64,000 nucleotides of DNA from Candidatus Eremiobacteria bacterium (GTDB lineage: Bacteria > Vulcanimicrobiota > Vulcanimicrobiia > Vulcanimicrobiales > Vulcanimicrobiaceae), in the NCBI GenBank assembly GCA_963758295.1, contig CAVWUU010000001.1, positions 320,001 through 384,000 of the forward strand, given 5' to 3'. The notes beneath the pieces were generated by a model. The model was not told the origin of the DNA. It saw only the letters and a list, made by a program, of their open reading frames with translations, and did no database searches. Position numbers and translations under genes: made by a program. Within the stretch, counting starts at the first letter, position 1, and each line of letters opens with the position of its first letter. Shown here piece after piece: positions 54,760 through 64,000 of the stretch.

Positions 54760-56831
54760 TGCCCGACGTCATTTTTATCGTCGGTGGCAAGGGCGGTGTC
54801 GGAGCCACGCACTTAGCGGTGGAAACGGCGAAGCACTTCGCGCAAACGCGTTCTACGCTGCTCGTAGACGGCGACTTAGCCGGGCGCAGAAGCGTCGCTA
54901 TCCTGTTCAATTCGATCGCCCGGCTCGACGAACGCCGCATCAGTGAAGAGTTCGCTTTGGTCGATCTTGCGCCGCAACTCTCGCTCTTTGAGTTAGCCGG
55001 CAGCATTCACGGCGGATTTACCGTGAAATCGGATGACGTCGAAGGGCTCTATAAACGCGTCGCTCCCCACGTCGAAATGGTCATTGTCGACGCTTCGCAG
55101 CCCTTTGCGGCCGCAGTTCGGCCTTTCGCCGTTCGCTCGTCCAACTTCATCGTTGTCGTCGAGCCGTCGATGCTCGGGGTAACGGGCGCCCGAGTGATGC
55201 AGCACGAACTTTCGAAGTTCGGCGTGCCGCCCAGCCGTTTGAATGCGGTAGTTCTGGTGCGCGAGCCTCGCCCGAAACTCGCGACCGCGGAAATAGAACG
55301 CGCGCTTGGGATGCCGATTCTTGGAGAAATCCCGGTTCTGGACGACAAGCGCCGGGAACGTGCCGTGCTCGGATTCGTGAACAACGTTCATGCGTCGCTC
55401 GTGCGCAGCGACGAGTTGCTGACGCTTCAGCCGTCGACGTCCACGCCGCTCGGCGAACGGCGTCTCGGGAAACGCGGTGCAATCGAGGAGCCGGCTAACG
55501 CGCTGCAGAGCGATCAGCGCCAAAAAGCCGTGTCGTTGGAGCGAGACGCGCGCGAGACGGTGAAGGCCGAGGTGCATCGCGAAATCTCACGCCGCATCGA
55601 CGTTGCCGCGTTGACCGGAGGCGACCATCTCAAAATCGAGGAGCTGAAGGCCGAGATCGAGGGGACCATCGCCGATCTCGTCGGCACCCGAACCGATATC
55701 GGCTCGGCAGAAGAGATTGCGCGCTTACGGCGTGAGATCATCGACGAGGTGCTCGGGTACGGGCCGCTCGAGGAATTGATGGCCGACGACAGCGTGTCTG
55801 AAATCATGGTGAACGGTCCGGACACCATTTACGTGGAGCGCCGCGGCGTGCTCGAGCGAACGAAACGGCGCTTCAACGACTCCAAGCAGCTGCGGCTGAT
55901 CATCGAGCGAATCATTACGCCGCTTGGCCGTCACATCGACGAGGCCTCGCCGATGGTCGACGCGCGTTTACCGGACGGCTCCCGTGTCAACGCAACGGTT
56001 GAGCCCTTGAGTCTAGACGGACCGACATTAACGATTCGCCGTTTCGCCAAGGAGCGGATGAACGCAAGCGACCTCATCGGCAAAGGATCGATGACGCCGG
56101 CGATGGCCGATCTCTTGCGTGCTGCAGTAGAAGCGCGCCTGAACATCGTCATTAGCGGCGGAACGGGCTCCGGTAAAACGACGCTTTTGAACGTCATTTC
56201 GAATTACATTCCCGACGGCGAACGTATTGTGACGATTGAAGACGCGGCCGAACTGCAAATCAATCGCGAACACGTCGTTCGGCTGGAGGCGCGCCCGGCA
56301 AATGCCGAAGGCCACGGCGAAATTCGCATTCGCGATCTCGTTAAGAATTCGCTACGCATGCGGCCGGACCGCATCGTCGTCGGCGAGTGCCGCGGCGGTG
56401 AAGCGCTGGACATGCTTCAGGCGATGAATACGGGGCATGACGGATCGCTCACGACGATTCATGCCAATACGCCTCGCGACTGTCTCTCGCGCATCGAAAC
56501 GATGGTTATGATGGCGGGCTACGATCTGCCTATTCGCGCCATTCGCGAGCAGGTGAGCGGTGCCGTCGATTTGGTCGTTCAGACGGCACGAATGCGCGAC
56601 GGCTCTCGCAAGATCGTGAGCATCAGTGAAGTCGTCGGCATGGAGAGCGACGTCGTAACCACCCAGGAACTCGTGCGCTTCGATCAGCGCGGCCTTGGCA
56701 AAGACGGGGCCGTCGCGGGCGCGTTCGTGTACACCGGCGTTCAGCCGATGTTCCTTCCACGCCTTGAAGAGTACGGCATTACTTTCGAAGTGGAGCGGCT
56801 CTCCGAAATGCAACTCGCGGTCGCCTGGTGA
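54759..56831 (+). CDS. cpaF: CpaE/TadZ (MinD-like) - CpaF/TadA ATPase fusion
   Basis: N-terminal GGKGGVGAT deviant Walker A, LLVDGD and IVDAS; C-terminal GYGPLE, DARLPDGSRVN, GGTGSGKTT, TIEDAAEL, RMRPDRIVVGECRG and MNTGHDG. Confidence 0.92.
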   Translation: MPDVIFIVGGKGGVGATHLAVETAKHFAQTRSTLLVDGDLAGRRSVAILFNSIARLDERRISEEFALVDLAPQLSLFELAGSIHGGFTVKSDDVEGLYKRVAPHVEMVIVDASQPFAAAVRPFAVRSSNFIVVVEPSMLGVTGARVMQHELSKFGVPPSRLNAVVLVREPRPKLATAEIERALGMPILGEIPVLDDKRRERAVLGFVNNVHASLVRSDELLTLQPSTSTPLGERRLGKRGAIEEPANALQSDQRQKAVSLERDARETVKAEVHREISRRIDVAALTGGDHLKIEELKAEIEGTIADLVGTRTDIGSAEEIARLRREIIDEVLGYGPLEELMADDSVSEIMVNGPDTIYVERRGVLERTKRRFNDSKQLRLIIERIITPLGRHIDEASPMVDARLPDGSRVNATVEPLSLDGPTLTIRRFAKERMNASDLIGKGSMTPAMADLLRAAVEARLNIVISGGTGSGKTTLLNVISNYIPDGERIVTIEDAAELQINREHVVRLEARPANAEGHGEIRIRDLVKNSLRMRPDRIVVGECRGGEALDMLQAMNTGHDGSLTTIHANTPRDCLSRIETMVMMAGYDLPIRAIREQVSGAVDLVVQTARMRDGSRKIVSISEVVGMESDVVTTQELVRFDQRGLGKDGAVAGAFVYTGVQPMFLPRLEEYGITFEVERLSEMQLAVAW

Positions 56832-57691
56832 TGACGGGAACGGCACCGCTTCTGGTCTTTCTTGGCGTCGCCGGCGCGGTTGCGCTGGCGTTCGTCGCGT
56901 TCTGGGACCGGCTGCTCCAATCGCTTTCGCGAATCACCACGCCGTACCAACGGGTACTCGAGCGCGGCGGCATCCCGATCAAAGCCGAAGAATTGACTAT
57001 CGGCATCGTCCTTTCGTCCGTGGCGCTTTGGGGTTTCCTAATCGTGTTCCTCAAGCCCGGTCCGTTGCTGGGAGTCGTTTACCTAGCGGTTTGCTTCGGG
57101 ATCTCGGTGCTTGGCGCGCGGACGTATGTAAATCGCCGCGTTAAAAAACGCATGGCGGCGTTCAACGACCAACTCGAGATGGTTCTGCGACTGATCTCGA
57201 GCGCGCTCAAAGTTGGCCTCGGCCTTCGGCAAGCGCTCGTGACCGTCGTTTCGGATATGGCCGATCCGGCTCGCGTCGAATTTTCGCGCGTACTCACGCA
57301 AACGCAAATCGGCGTGAGCATCTTCGATGCGCTCGACCAGTTGGCGGAGCGCATGCCGTCGGCTGAAACGCAAATGCTTACGCGAGCCATTCGGTTGCAG
57401 GGTCAAACGGGCGGCAACTTGACGCGCGTCTTGGAGAACCTCGCAGAAACCATCAAACAGCGGCGGCGCCTCAAGCGAAAGATCAAGGCCATCACTTCGG
57501 AATCCGTCGGCACGAAATACATCATCACCGCGCTGCCGGTTTTTGTTGGCACCTTTATCCTAATATTCGAGCCGGACATGCGCTCCGGCCTCATCGGTAC
57601 GTTGCTCGGGCGGATTTGCTTGGGAACGGTCCTGGTCTTGCTGAGCATCGGCTGGGTAGCGTTCGATAAACTTTCGGTAGTGGATTCATAA
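56828..57691 (+). CDS. tadB: TadB (T2SS F-family) inner membrane platform protein
   Basis: FNDQL..LRLISSALKVGLGL and QTGGNLTRVL. Confidence 0.88.
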   Translation: MMTGTAPLLVFLGVAGAVALAFVAFWDRLLQSLSRITTPYQRVLERGGIPIKAEELTIGIVLSSVALWGFLIVFLKPGPLLGVVYLAVCFGISVLGARTYVNRRVKKRMAAFNDQLEMVLRLISSALKVGLGLRQALVTVVSDMADPARVEFSRVLTQTQIGVSIFDALDQLAERMPSAETQMLTRAIRLQGQTGGNLTRVLENLAETIKQRRRLKRKIKAITSESVGTKYIITALPVFVGTFILIFEPDMRSGLIGTLLGRICLGTVLVLLSIGWVAFDKLSVVDS

Positions 57692-58534
57692 ATGGGCATA
57701 GCGCTCGGCGTTGCCGTTCTCGTTTTGGGTATCGTCGTGCTTTTGATCGTTGCACTGACGGGAAGCGATTCCGGCGTGGGTGAACGATTGGCGGCGCTTG
57801 ATGCTTCGATCGGGACGGAGCATGCCCAGTCGTCGATTCTTCAACGCATGTTGGACGACAGCCAACGGCAGAAGCTAACGAGCCAGTTCTTAGAGGCCGG
57901 ATGGCACACGGCGACGCCGCAAAAATTCACCGTGCAATGCGTGCTTCAAGGCGCCGCCGGCGCCGGGCTTGGAGTGTTGGCCGGCCTCGTACTTCACTTG
58001 CAATTACCGCTGCTCGGATCGCTAACGGGAATTCTCGCATTCTTCGGCGGTTACCGGCCGTATGCGGCATTGGCCGCGACCGTCGTGAAACGCAAGCGCG
58101 AAGTGCATCGTGCGTTGCCTGATTTCCTTGATATGCTTTCGACGACCATCGAAGCGGGCGTCGCATTGAATAACGCGATTGCGATATCGCTCGACGCCAT
58201 CGACGGACCGTTGCACGAAGAACTGGCTATGGCCATGCACGACGTTCGCTTGGGGCGTTCGCGCGCGGACGCGCTGGTAGCAATGGCGCAACGAGTCCGG
58301 GAAACCGACCTTTCTACCGTCGTGACCGCTATCGTGCAGTCGGAACGTTTAGGCGGCAGTATCGCCCAAGTTTTACGCAACCTCTCGACCGAGTCGCGTG
58401 AGGCCCGAATCATTCATGCCGAAGAAGTTGCGGCTCAGCTTCCGAACAAGCTGGTTTTCCCGATGGCCTTATGCATGTTGCCGGCGTTGCTGATCATGAT
58501 TTTCGGCGGCGTGCTTTCCCAGTTCGTTAAATGA
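57692..58534 (+). CDS. tadC: TadC (T2SS F-family) inner membrane platform protein
   Basis: LPDFLDML...EAG, QSERLGGSI, AEE.A..LP.KLVFP. Confidence 0.9.
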   Translation: MGIALGVAVLVLGIVVLLIVALTGSDSGVGERLAALDASIGTEHAQSSILQRMLDDSQRQKLTSQFLEAGWHTATPQKFTVQCVLQGAAGAGLGVLAGLVLHLQLPLLGSLTGILAFFGGYRPYAALAATVVKRKREVHRALPDFLDMLSTTIEAGVALNNAIAISLDAIDGPLHEELAMAMHDVRLGRSRADALVAMAQRVRETDLSTVVTAIVQSERLGGSIAQVLRNLSTESREARIIHAEEVAAQLPNKLVFPMALCMLPALLIMIFGGVLSQFVK

Positions 58535-59148
58535 GCACCCTATTTATTGTCGCCGCTGCGGCGTTTTTCTGCGGGTGCGCGGCGGCATGCGGGATCATTG
58601 TTTCGACGCTGTTGTGCGCGAGGATCGAGGCGTTTGAAGACGGTCCGGTCCCGCGCTCGCTTCACCCGGCGATTCCAATCGCCACCGTGTCGGTGCTTGG
58701 CGCGCTCATTGCGCTCCGCGGAGCGACCCCCGCGCAGCTCGGGATCGTAGCGCTCATTGCTCTTCCCCTTGCCGGTATTTGGTATGCCGATTCGCGAAAG
58801 GGCATCGTCCCGGACGCCTTCACCCTTGTTCCGCTTGGCGTTATTGCGGTCGTCGTAGTTTTGCGGCATTCGTGGTTCGTCGGCATTTCGGCGCTAGTGG
58901 TTTTCGTGGTTTTTGCGGCAGGCGCAGCGCTTTCGAAAGGCCGGGGAATGGGATGGGGCGACGCGAAACTAGCCGCGCTCGTGGGGGCGGTCCTGGGCTT
59001 ACAGGGATCGCTTCTCACCTTAGCCCTCGCATGTTTCGCTGCAACGATCGTTTCGGTGGTGCGTGATCGCGGGACGCGCCCGATTGCGTTCGGGCCATAC
59101 ATCGTCGTGGCCACCCTGCTAGCAATCGTTACGACGATTCATGGGTGA
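58531..59148 (+). CDS. Second A24 prepilin peptidase
   Basis: YADSRKGIVPD, MGWGDAKL and IAFGPYI. Confidence 0.85.
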   Translation: MSTLFIVAAAAFFCGCAAACGIIVSTLLCARIEAFEDGPVPRSLHPAIPIATVSVLGALIALRGATPAQLGIVALIALPLAGIWYADSRKGIVPDAFTLVPLGVIAVVVVLRHSWFVGISALVVFVVFAAGAALSKGRGMGWGDAKLAALVGAVLGLQGSLLTLALACFAATIVSVVRDRGTRPIAFGPYIVVATLLAIVTTIHG

Positions 59149-59500
59149 AGGGCTCGTCCTGCTCCGCAACGGTAAACGAACGATGCTGGATTTCTTTATC
59201 GAGCGTCCGCGTGGTGCTCTGGGTCGGTGCCTTGGACTGATGGGTCGCGCGCCGCTTGCGGAAAATGAGGGGATGTGGCTTACGCGCACGTCGGCGATTC
59301 ACACGCTCGCGATGCGCGGATCTATCGACGTGGTGTTTCTTGGCGCAAACGGTCGCATTCTGCGCGCCGTTCCCAACGTCGCGCCAAACCGTCTTTATGT
59401 GGGGATGCTCGGCGCATCGGGCGTCCTGGAACTCGCGGCAGGAACCGTCGAACGTCTTGGCCTTGGCGCCGGAGACGCGCTTTTCTTAGAGCCGCACTAA
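59141..59500 (+). CDS. DUF192 domain protein
   Basis: GLMGR...EGMWL...IHT..M..SIDVVFL...VLELAAG. Confidence 0.85.
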   Translation: MGEGLVLLRNGKRTMLDFFIERPRGALGRCLGLMGRAPLAENEGMWLTRTSAIHTLAMRGSIDVVFLGANGRILRAVPNVAPNRLYVGMLGASGVLELAAGTVERLGLGAGDALFLEPH

Positions 59501-60990
59501 CCCGCTGCCGCGACCGGCGCGTCGATCGTTAGTAGAATCGTCTGCAATTCTCGAAACGTCGCTTCCACCGATCGTGCCACGTTTTGATGAAATTCGTCGG
59601 CCGCATCGACGATGAAAGGGCCGCCGTAAAGCTTTCGCGCCGAAGCAGCATACTCCAAAGCCGCTTCGAGCTGTCCGGATGCATACGATTCGCGCGCGCG
59701 CAAAACGTAATGCAGAAATTCGTCCAAATCGACTTGGAACGCAGCGGCACGAAGGACGACGCTGTTGTCTTCCGCCGTGAGATACGGCACGTCTTCGCCG
59801 GTCTTGAGCGAATGGCGAATAGCGGCCCGAACATTACTGAGTGCCGTGCGAAGATTTTGGTTTGCTTGTGCGGGATCGTGCGAGGGCCAAAACGCTCGCA
59901 TGAGCTCTTCTCGCGTAGCGCGATGACCGCTCTGTAACAACAAATACTTGAAGATCTGACCGTCGCGGCGGCGCATCCAGTCGATCGGCGTACCGCCGAT
60001 GGAAACGGAAAACGAGCCGAGCACCTTCGCTTCGATGACTTTTAGGCCGGATTCGGAAGCAGCCGGTGTACTACCATCAAAAAAGGCGCGTTCCGCGGCG
60101 CGCAAAATCCGCGGCGCGCCCGCACGGCAATACGCAAAAAGATCGCGCTCTTCAAGTTGGCGTAGGCGCTGCCAACTGACGTCGCTGCCGTTCAGTGCGC
60201 CCTCGAGAAGCTTTCGGTCTTCGGCAGTGGGTGTTGCTTCAACGATTGTTTGTCGCAATGCACCCGCGTAGTGGTCGAACCATTTGATCGCGCCGTGCTC
60301 GAGCGGCATGCGGTTGATGGAGGCGAAGCGAAGAATTGCCGAAGCAACGATTGGCCAGCCTTCGGCCGCGTGTTGAAGGGCCGCAATCGCAGCATCCGAC
60401 GGCTCGATCCCGAATGCGGTGGTCAACGCGCGGACTTCCTCTTCATCGAAGGCAAGATTGGCCATCCAGAGCGCCTCGATGATGCCTTCCATAATCCACC
60501 GGGGATCCCGAATGACGCTGCGATTTCTCGCCGTCATGACGAACGAAAGCTGCGGGGGCCCATCCGCCAGAAATTTATAGAGCGCGTCCATAGCGCATTC
60601 CGGCAGCAAGTGCGCGTCGTCGATGAAAATCGTCGTTTCGTCGATTCCGTCGAGCAACGAAATCAGTTCTTCAGCGCCGGTGAACGACGCGGGAACCTCA
60701 CAACGGCTTGCAATCTCTTCGAGCAGCTCGGATGAGGTTATCGCGGAACACCCGCGGATTATTCGTGCGGGATGAACCGCGAATTGCTGCAATAGCGTGC
60801 TCTTACCGAAGCCCGCCGGAGCGATAAGCATCCGAATTGGGGCGCCCTCGTGCCGGTCCAGCCACGTCAAAATACGCTCGCGTCTAATGAGCGTACAAGA
60901 CCTCCGGCTCGACCCACGGTTTGGCAGGCTGATAACTCCCCTACGTGCCGATTGGACGGCAGCTAGCTTCTGTGACTCTAGATATAACAC
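59497..60990 (-). CDS. MalT-like NTPase / wHTH-BTAD transcriptional regulator
   Basis: LIRRERI, APAGFGKST, IFIDDAH, LAFDEEE and EGWP; then VLGSFSV, TREELMRAFWP, NLRTALSNVR and LYGGPF. The start is uncertain (60990 or 61011). Confidence 0.78.
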   Translation of the reverse strand: MLYLESQKLAAVQSARRGVISLPNRGSSRRSCTLIRRERILTWLDRHEGAPIRMLIAPAGFGKSTLLQQFAVHPARIIRGCSAITSSELLEEIASRCEVPASFTGAEELISLLDGIDETTIFIDDAHLLPECAMDALYKFLADGPPQLSFVMTARNRSVIRDPRWIMEGIIEALWMANLAFDEEEVRALTTAFGIEPSDAAIAALQHAAEGWPIVASAILRFASINRMPLEHGAIKWFDHYAGALRQTIVEATPTAEDRKLLEGALNGSDVSWQRLRQLEERDLFAYCRAGAPRILRAAERAFFDGSTPAASESGLKVIEAKVLGSFSVSIGGTPIDWMRRRDGQIFKYLLLQSGHRATREELMRAFWPSHDPAQANQNLRTALSNVRAAIRHSLKTGEDVPYLTAEDNSVVLRAAAFQVDLDEFLHYVLRARESYASGQLEAALEYAASARKLYGGPFIVDAADEFHQNVARSVEATFRELQTILLTIDAPVAAAG

Positions 60991-61028
60991 AGGAGCGCTA
61001 GGGCCAAACATCCCATTTTGTGGGGGTA

Positions 61029-62447
61029 TTAGAGAGAAGCTGCCGTGGTGTGAACGGGAACATGGGCCTTTTGGCTCATCACAGCGTACGTCACAGCCCA
61101 GGCGGCGATGACCGAAAGTGACAGCCATGCCGGTGTCTTGATGAGCCAAAGCGGCCACGCTGAGGCCGCGAAGTGCTGACCGATAAACAACGCCCAAGCA
61201 TGTTGTGTGGCATTTGTCGGAAGCGTCAGAACCGCCGGCGTGCCGAAGTGCAGTCCCGTTTTGATGATAAGGACCGCGCACATTGCAACGTACGAAACGC
61301 ACGCAGCCGTTCCCCATAATGCGCCCCGGACGTTACCATACGACGCGAAGAGTACGAGCAAAGCCGCGGAAGCTGCGGCCGGAAACAGTGAAGGCATTAC
61401 GAACAAAGGCAACACCGGCACCGTCAGAGCGAGCGCTGCAAAAGTTCCGGCGATTTTACCGTTCGGTCGCGAAGTCGCAATTGCTAGCGCGGCCGGCAGC
61501 GCGAGCAGCAAGTGATCGAGGTGCAGAAACGGCGATCCGAGCATCGCGAAGACCGGTGCACAAAGCATGGCGCGCTCCGGGCGACGCGATGCGAAAGGCG
61601 TCGTGCAAATCCAGCAGATCGCGCATAAGCACGCAAGGTACGTTGCACGCGAAATCGCAATCGCTTCATAACCGGATAAGCCCATAGAATAAAGAGCCCA
61701 CGCGATGCTGTATTGACCGACGTTCGGCAATTCCGCCGCAATGTGTTGCGGCAGAACCGACACGATATAGTCGATATTTGCGTTCATGCCGACTGCGGCA
61801 AGCGAAAGCGTCGCAAGGGCTAGGCACGTGACGGTTGCCGCAACGACGTGGCGGCGCAGAAACACGAACGTCAGAAACACCGCGACACCGGTCTGCGGCT
61901 CGACCATACTTAGTGCGAGGCCAAAACTAGCCATTACCGCGTTGTTGTTTTTAAGGCTGGACGCGGCGAGCGCTAACCCAAGTAAGGCGATAGGCGGCAA
62001 TTCGCCGACCGGAAGAATGACGTCCGCGAGAATCATTGCCAAACCTGCAACGATCGCATACGGCGGTGCAACGTTAAGCCGAACGAAGAAGACGAAAGCG
62101 AGAGCGACCGCGCCTATAAGCAGCAGCTCGTAGAGCGCTGCGGCAACGGGGAACGTAAGCAAGGCCAGCGGCGCAAAGGCGAGCGCGACGTAACCGGGCA
62201 CGGGGGCCGGCAAAATTTCCCCGCGCTTTGCCGTGTAGAACTGTGGGGGCACATTGGCAGCCGATTCACACGAAGCTATAGGGCCTGCGCCGTATGGGCT
62301 GGCACGGTGCAAAACGGCACTTCCGGCGCAGTAGAACGCACGAAAGTCGCCCATCGCGATACGGCGTTGCCCGACGGCATGCCCGCTTACGGCGAAAACG
62401 GCGAATACTACCAGGCAGGCTGCAACAAGAGCCAGGCGTTGCCTCAT
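61029..62447 (-). CDS. GT87/DUF2029-like GT-C membrane glycosyltransferase
   Basis: GDFRAFYCAG, PAPVPGY and many TM helices. Confidence 0.7.
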   Translation of the reverse strand: MRQRLALVAACLVVFAVFAVSGHAVGQRRIAMGDFRAFYCAGSAVLHRASPYGAGPIASCESAANVPPQFYTAKRGEILPAPVPGYVALAFAPLALLTFPVAAALYELLLIGAVALAFVFFVRLNVAPPYAIVAGLAMILADVILPVGELPPIALLGLALAASSLKNNNAVMASFGLALSMVEPQTGVAVFLTFVFLRRHVVAATVTCLALATLSLAAVGMNANIDYIVSVLPQHIAAELPNVGQYSIAWALYSMGLSGYEAIAISRATYLACLCAICWICTTPFASRRPERAMLCAPVFAMLGSPFLHLDHLLLALPAALAIATSRPNGKIAGTFAALALTVPVLPLFVMPSLFPAAASAALLVLFASYGNVRGALWGTAACVSYVAMCAVLIIKTGLHFGTPAVLTLPTNATQHAWALFIGQHFAASAWPLWLIKTPAWLSLSVIAAWAVTYAVMSQKAHVPVHTTAASL

Positions 62448-62527
62448 GTTTCCGTTATCGGCTCGACAGCCCCGAATCGCCCGTATAAACTAAGGGCAGG
62501 TAACAACCTCGACTTTGGAGGCTGCTA

Positions 62528-62800
62528 ATGGACCACGATACTCCGAACGCCCTTGCCGGTTTGATGGCCGGCGGTTTTGTGATGACGATCCTGCTTGTGA
62601 CGCTGGCCTTTTCGGTGTTCTTTGTTTGGCTCTTTTGGCGCGTTTTCACCAAAGCGGGCTACAACGGCGCACTTGGGCTGCTTTGCTTGGTTCCGTCGAT
62701 CGGCGTTTTCGTGTGCATGCTGATTTTGGCATTCGGAACGTGGCCGATCGAAGAACGGCGCGGGGTCGTGGGGCCGGTGATTACGCCGGCCGTTCAGTAA
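62528..62800 (+). CDS. Small membrane protein
   Basis: GGAGG RBS; WRVFTKAGYNG..GLLCLVP...LAFGTWP. Confidence 0.7.
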   Translation: MDHDTPNALAGLMAGGFVMTILLVTLAFSVFFVWLFWRVFTKAGYNGALGLLCLVPSIGVFVCMLILAFGTWPIEERRGVVGPVITPAVQ

Positions 62801-64000
62801 TCTCGGCGATCCAGCGCTCCACGTCGCTGCTCTTCGAAGGCAGAATCGCCGAGAGATTCTCACGGCCGCGCGCGGTAACGAGAATGTCGTCTTCGATGCG
62901 CACGCCGATGCCGCGGAAGCGGTCGGGCACCGTGGCATCATCGGGCTGGAAGTAAAGTCCGGGTTCGACGGTGAGCACCATGCCTTCGCGCAGCGCTCCG
63001 TACCGGTAATGCTCGGCGCGAGCTTGGGCGCAGTCGTGAACGTCTAGCCCGAGCATGTGGCTGACGTTGTGCAGCGTGTAGCGGCGATAGAACTGATTCT
63101 CGGGATCGAGTGCTTCGTCGAGCGACCCGCTCAGAATGCCGAGGTCGCGAAGTCCTTCGGCAAGCACGCGCATTGCGCGTCGATTCGGTTCAAGGAAGTC
63201 ATTGCCCGGTGTAACTGCGTCGATCCCGGCACGTTGCGCTTCCCAAACGATGTCGTAAACCGCGCGCTGCTCGGCGGTATACTTGCCGGAGATCGGCAAC
63301 GTGCGCGTGATATCCGCAGTGTAGAGCGAGTCGCACTCGACCCCGGCATCGAGCAAAAGCATGCCGTTGCGCTGAACCTTGCCGTCATTGCGCGTCCAGT
63401 GCAGCGTGCACGCATGATGGCCCGACGCCGCAATCGTTAAATAGCCCACGTCGTTTGCTTCGATGCGGGCGCGGCGCCAGAACGCTGCTTCCACTTCACG
63501 CTCGCTCGCGAGGTTCGGGAAAAGACGAATGACGTCTTCGAATCCGCGCTTCGTTATTTCGCAGGCTTTGCGCAGTTCGGCGATTTCGTACTCGTCTTTG
63601 ACCAGACGCATCTCGGAAAGATGCGTGGCAAATTCCAAATCGTCTTGACGCCGGTCGAAGTGACCGTCGATCGAGTCGTTGTGCCCGCGCACGACACGTA
63701 GCGGATATCGGCGATTCCGAAGATCCGAAAGATACGCCGGCATGTCTTGCAGCGGCAGCGCGCGATCGACCCCGTAGTACGTTTGGCTTTCGTCGACTCC
63801 GCGGTGCCGTCCAACCCACAGCTCGCCGTGGACGCGGTCGGTGAAGAACTCCGCCTTTCCCCGATTGTGGTCGGGAACGAAGAGCACCGTCCGGTGCGAT
63901 GCTCCGTCGGGCTCCATGACGAGCAGTCCACCGGGTTCGCCGTCGCCCATAAGATAAACGAAATCGCTTGACGGACGAAACCGGAAGTTCGTGTCGTTGG
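62781..64000 (-). CDS. pepP: Xaa-Pro aminopeptidase (aminopeptidase P); 5' end outside the window
   Basis: The frame is open to the right edge (NDTNFRFRPSSDFVYL); LLDAG..YTADITRT, HMLGLDVHD, TVEPGLYF and GVRIEDD. Confidence 0.92.
   Translation of the reverse strand, partial: NDTNFRFRPSSDFVYLMGDGEPGGLLVMEPDGASHRTVLFVPDHNRGKAEFFTDRVHGELWVGRHRGVDESQTYYGVDRALPLQDMPAYLSDLRNRRYPLRVVRGHNDSIDGHFDRRQDDLEFATHLSEMRLVKDEYEIAELRKACEITKRGFEDVIRLFPNLASEREVEAAFWRRARIEANDVGYLTIAASGHHACTLHWTRNDGKVQRNGMLLLDAGVECDSLYTADITRTLPISGKYTAEQRAVYDIVWEAQRAGIDAVTPGNDFLEPNRRAMRVLAEGLRDLGILSGSLDEALDPENQFYRRYTLHNVSHMLGLDVHDCAQARAEHYRYGALREGMVLTVEPGLYFQPDDATVPDRFRGIGVRIEDDILVTARGRENLSAILPSKSSDVERWIAEITERPA

Noticed and set aside
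60991..61317. N-terminal extensions of ORF-track calls (for example 59497..61317, 32766..34073, 14416..15813, 39854..40798, 12264..13523)
   Set aside because: They overlap neighbouring well-supported genes and lack family similarity; downstream starts were used instead.
1..64000. CRISPR arrays, tRNA/rRNA genes, IS elements, prophage or defence systems
   Set aside because: No regularly spaced repeats, cloverleaf-like sequences, transposase, integrase or phage genes were recognised by eye; short or divergent elements could have been missed.

Overview
This is a high-GC (roughly 60% by eye), gene-dense bacterial chromosomal segment. I found no rRNA, tRNA, CRISPR array or transposase. Gene content loosely suggests a diderm soil bacterium such as Eremiobacterota/Vulcanimicrobiota; this is an inference and was not tested. 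Contents from left to right: (1) a selenocysteine formate dehydrogenase alpha subunit (in-frame UGA plus SECIS, running off the left edge) behind an OFA-family MFS transporter; (2) a phosphoesterase / COG4280 permease / unannotated 57-aa membrane protein cassette; (3) ilvE, a class A-like serine hydrolase and a BMP-type nucleoside ABC transporter; (4) a DUF5069 / AI-2E / arginase group; (5) a tetrapyrrole operon: SirC-HemC-HemD-like triple fusion, hemB, mobA, hemL, rex, hemA, cobA-hemD, DUF92; (6) an ArnT-like glycosyltransferase and an S53 peptidase; (7) a respiratory biogenesis cluster: menG, polyprenyl synthase, tatAC, resB/ccsA, an ECF41 sigma factor with its own predicted promoter, Rieske protein and a cytochrome b-subunit IV-cytochrome c fusion; (8) rsmI-metG-[diguanylate cyclase]-tatD; (9) a divergent Tad/Flp pilus locus with two pilins, two prepilin peptidases and a CpaE-CpaF fusion; (10) a MalT/BTAD-like regulator, a GT87-like protein and a partial aminopeptidase P. 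Many single-base frameshifts, mostly in the first 19 kb, look like long-read consensus errors rather than real pseudogenes. All family calls come from recognising motifs by eye; no database searches were run.
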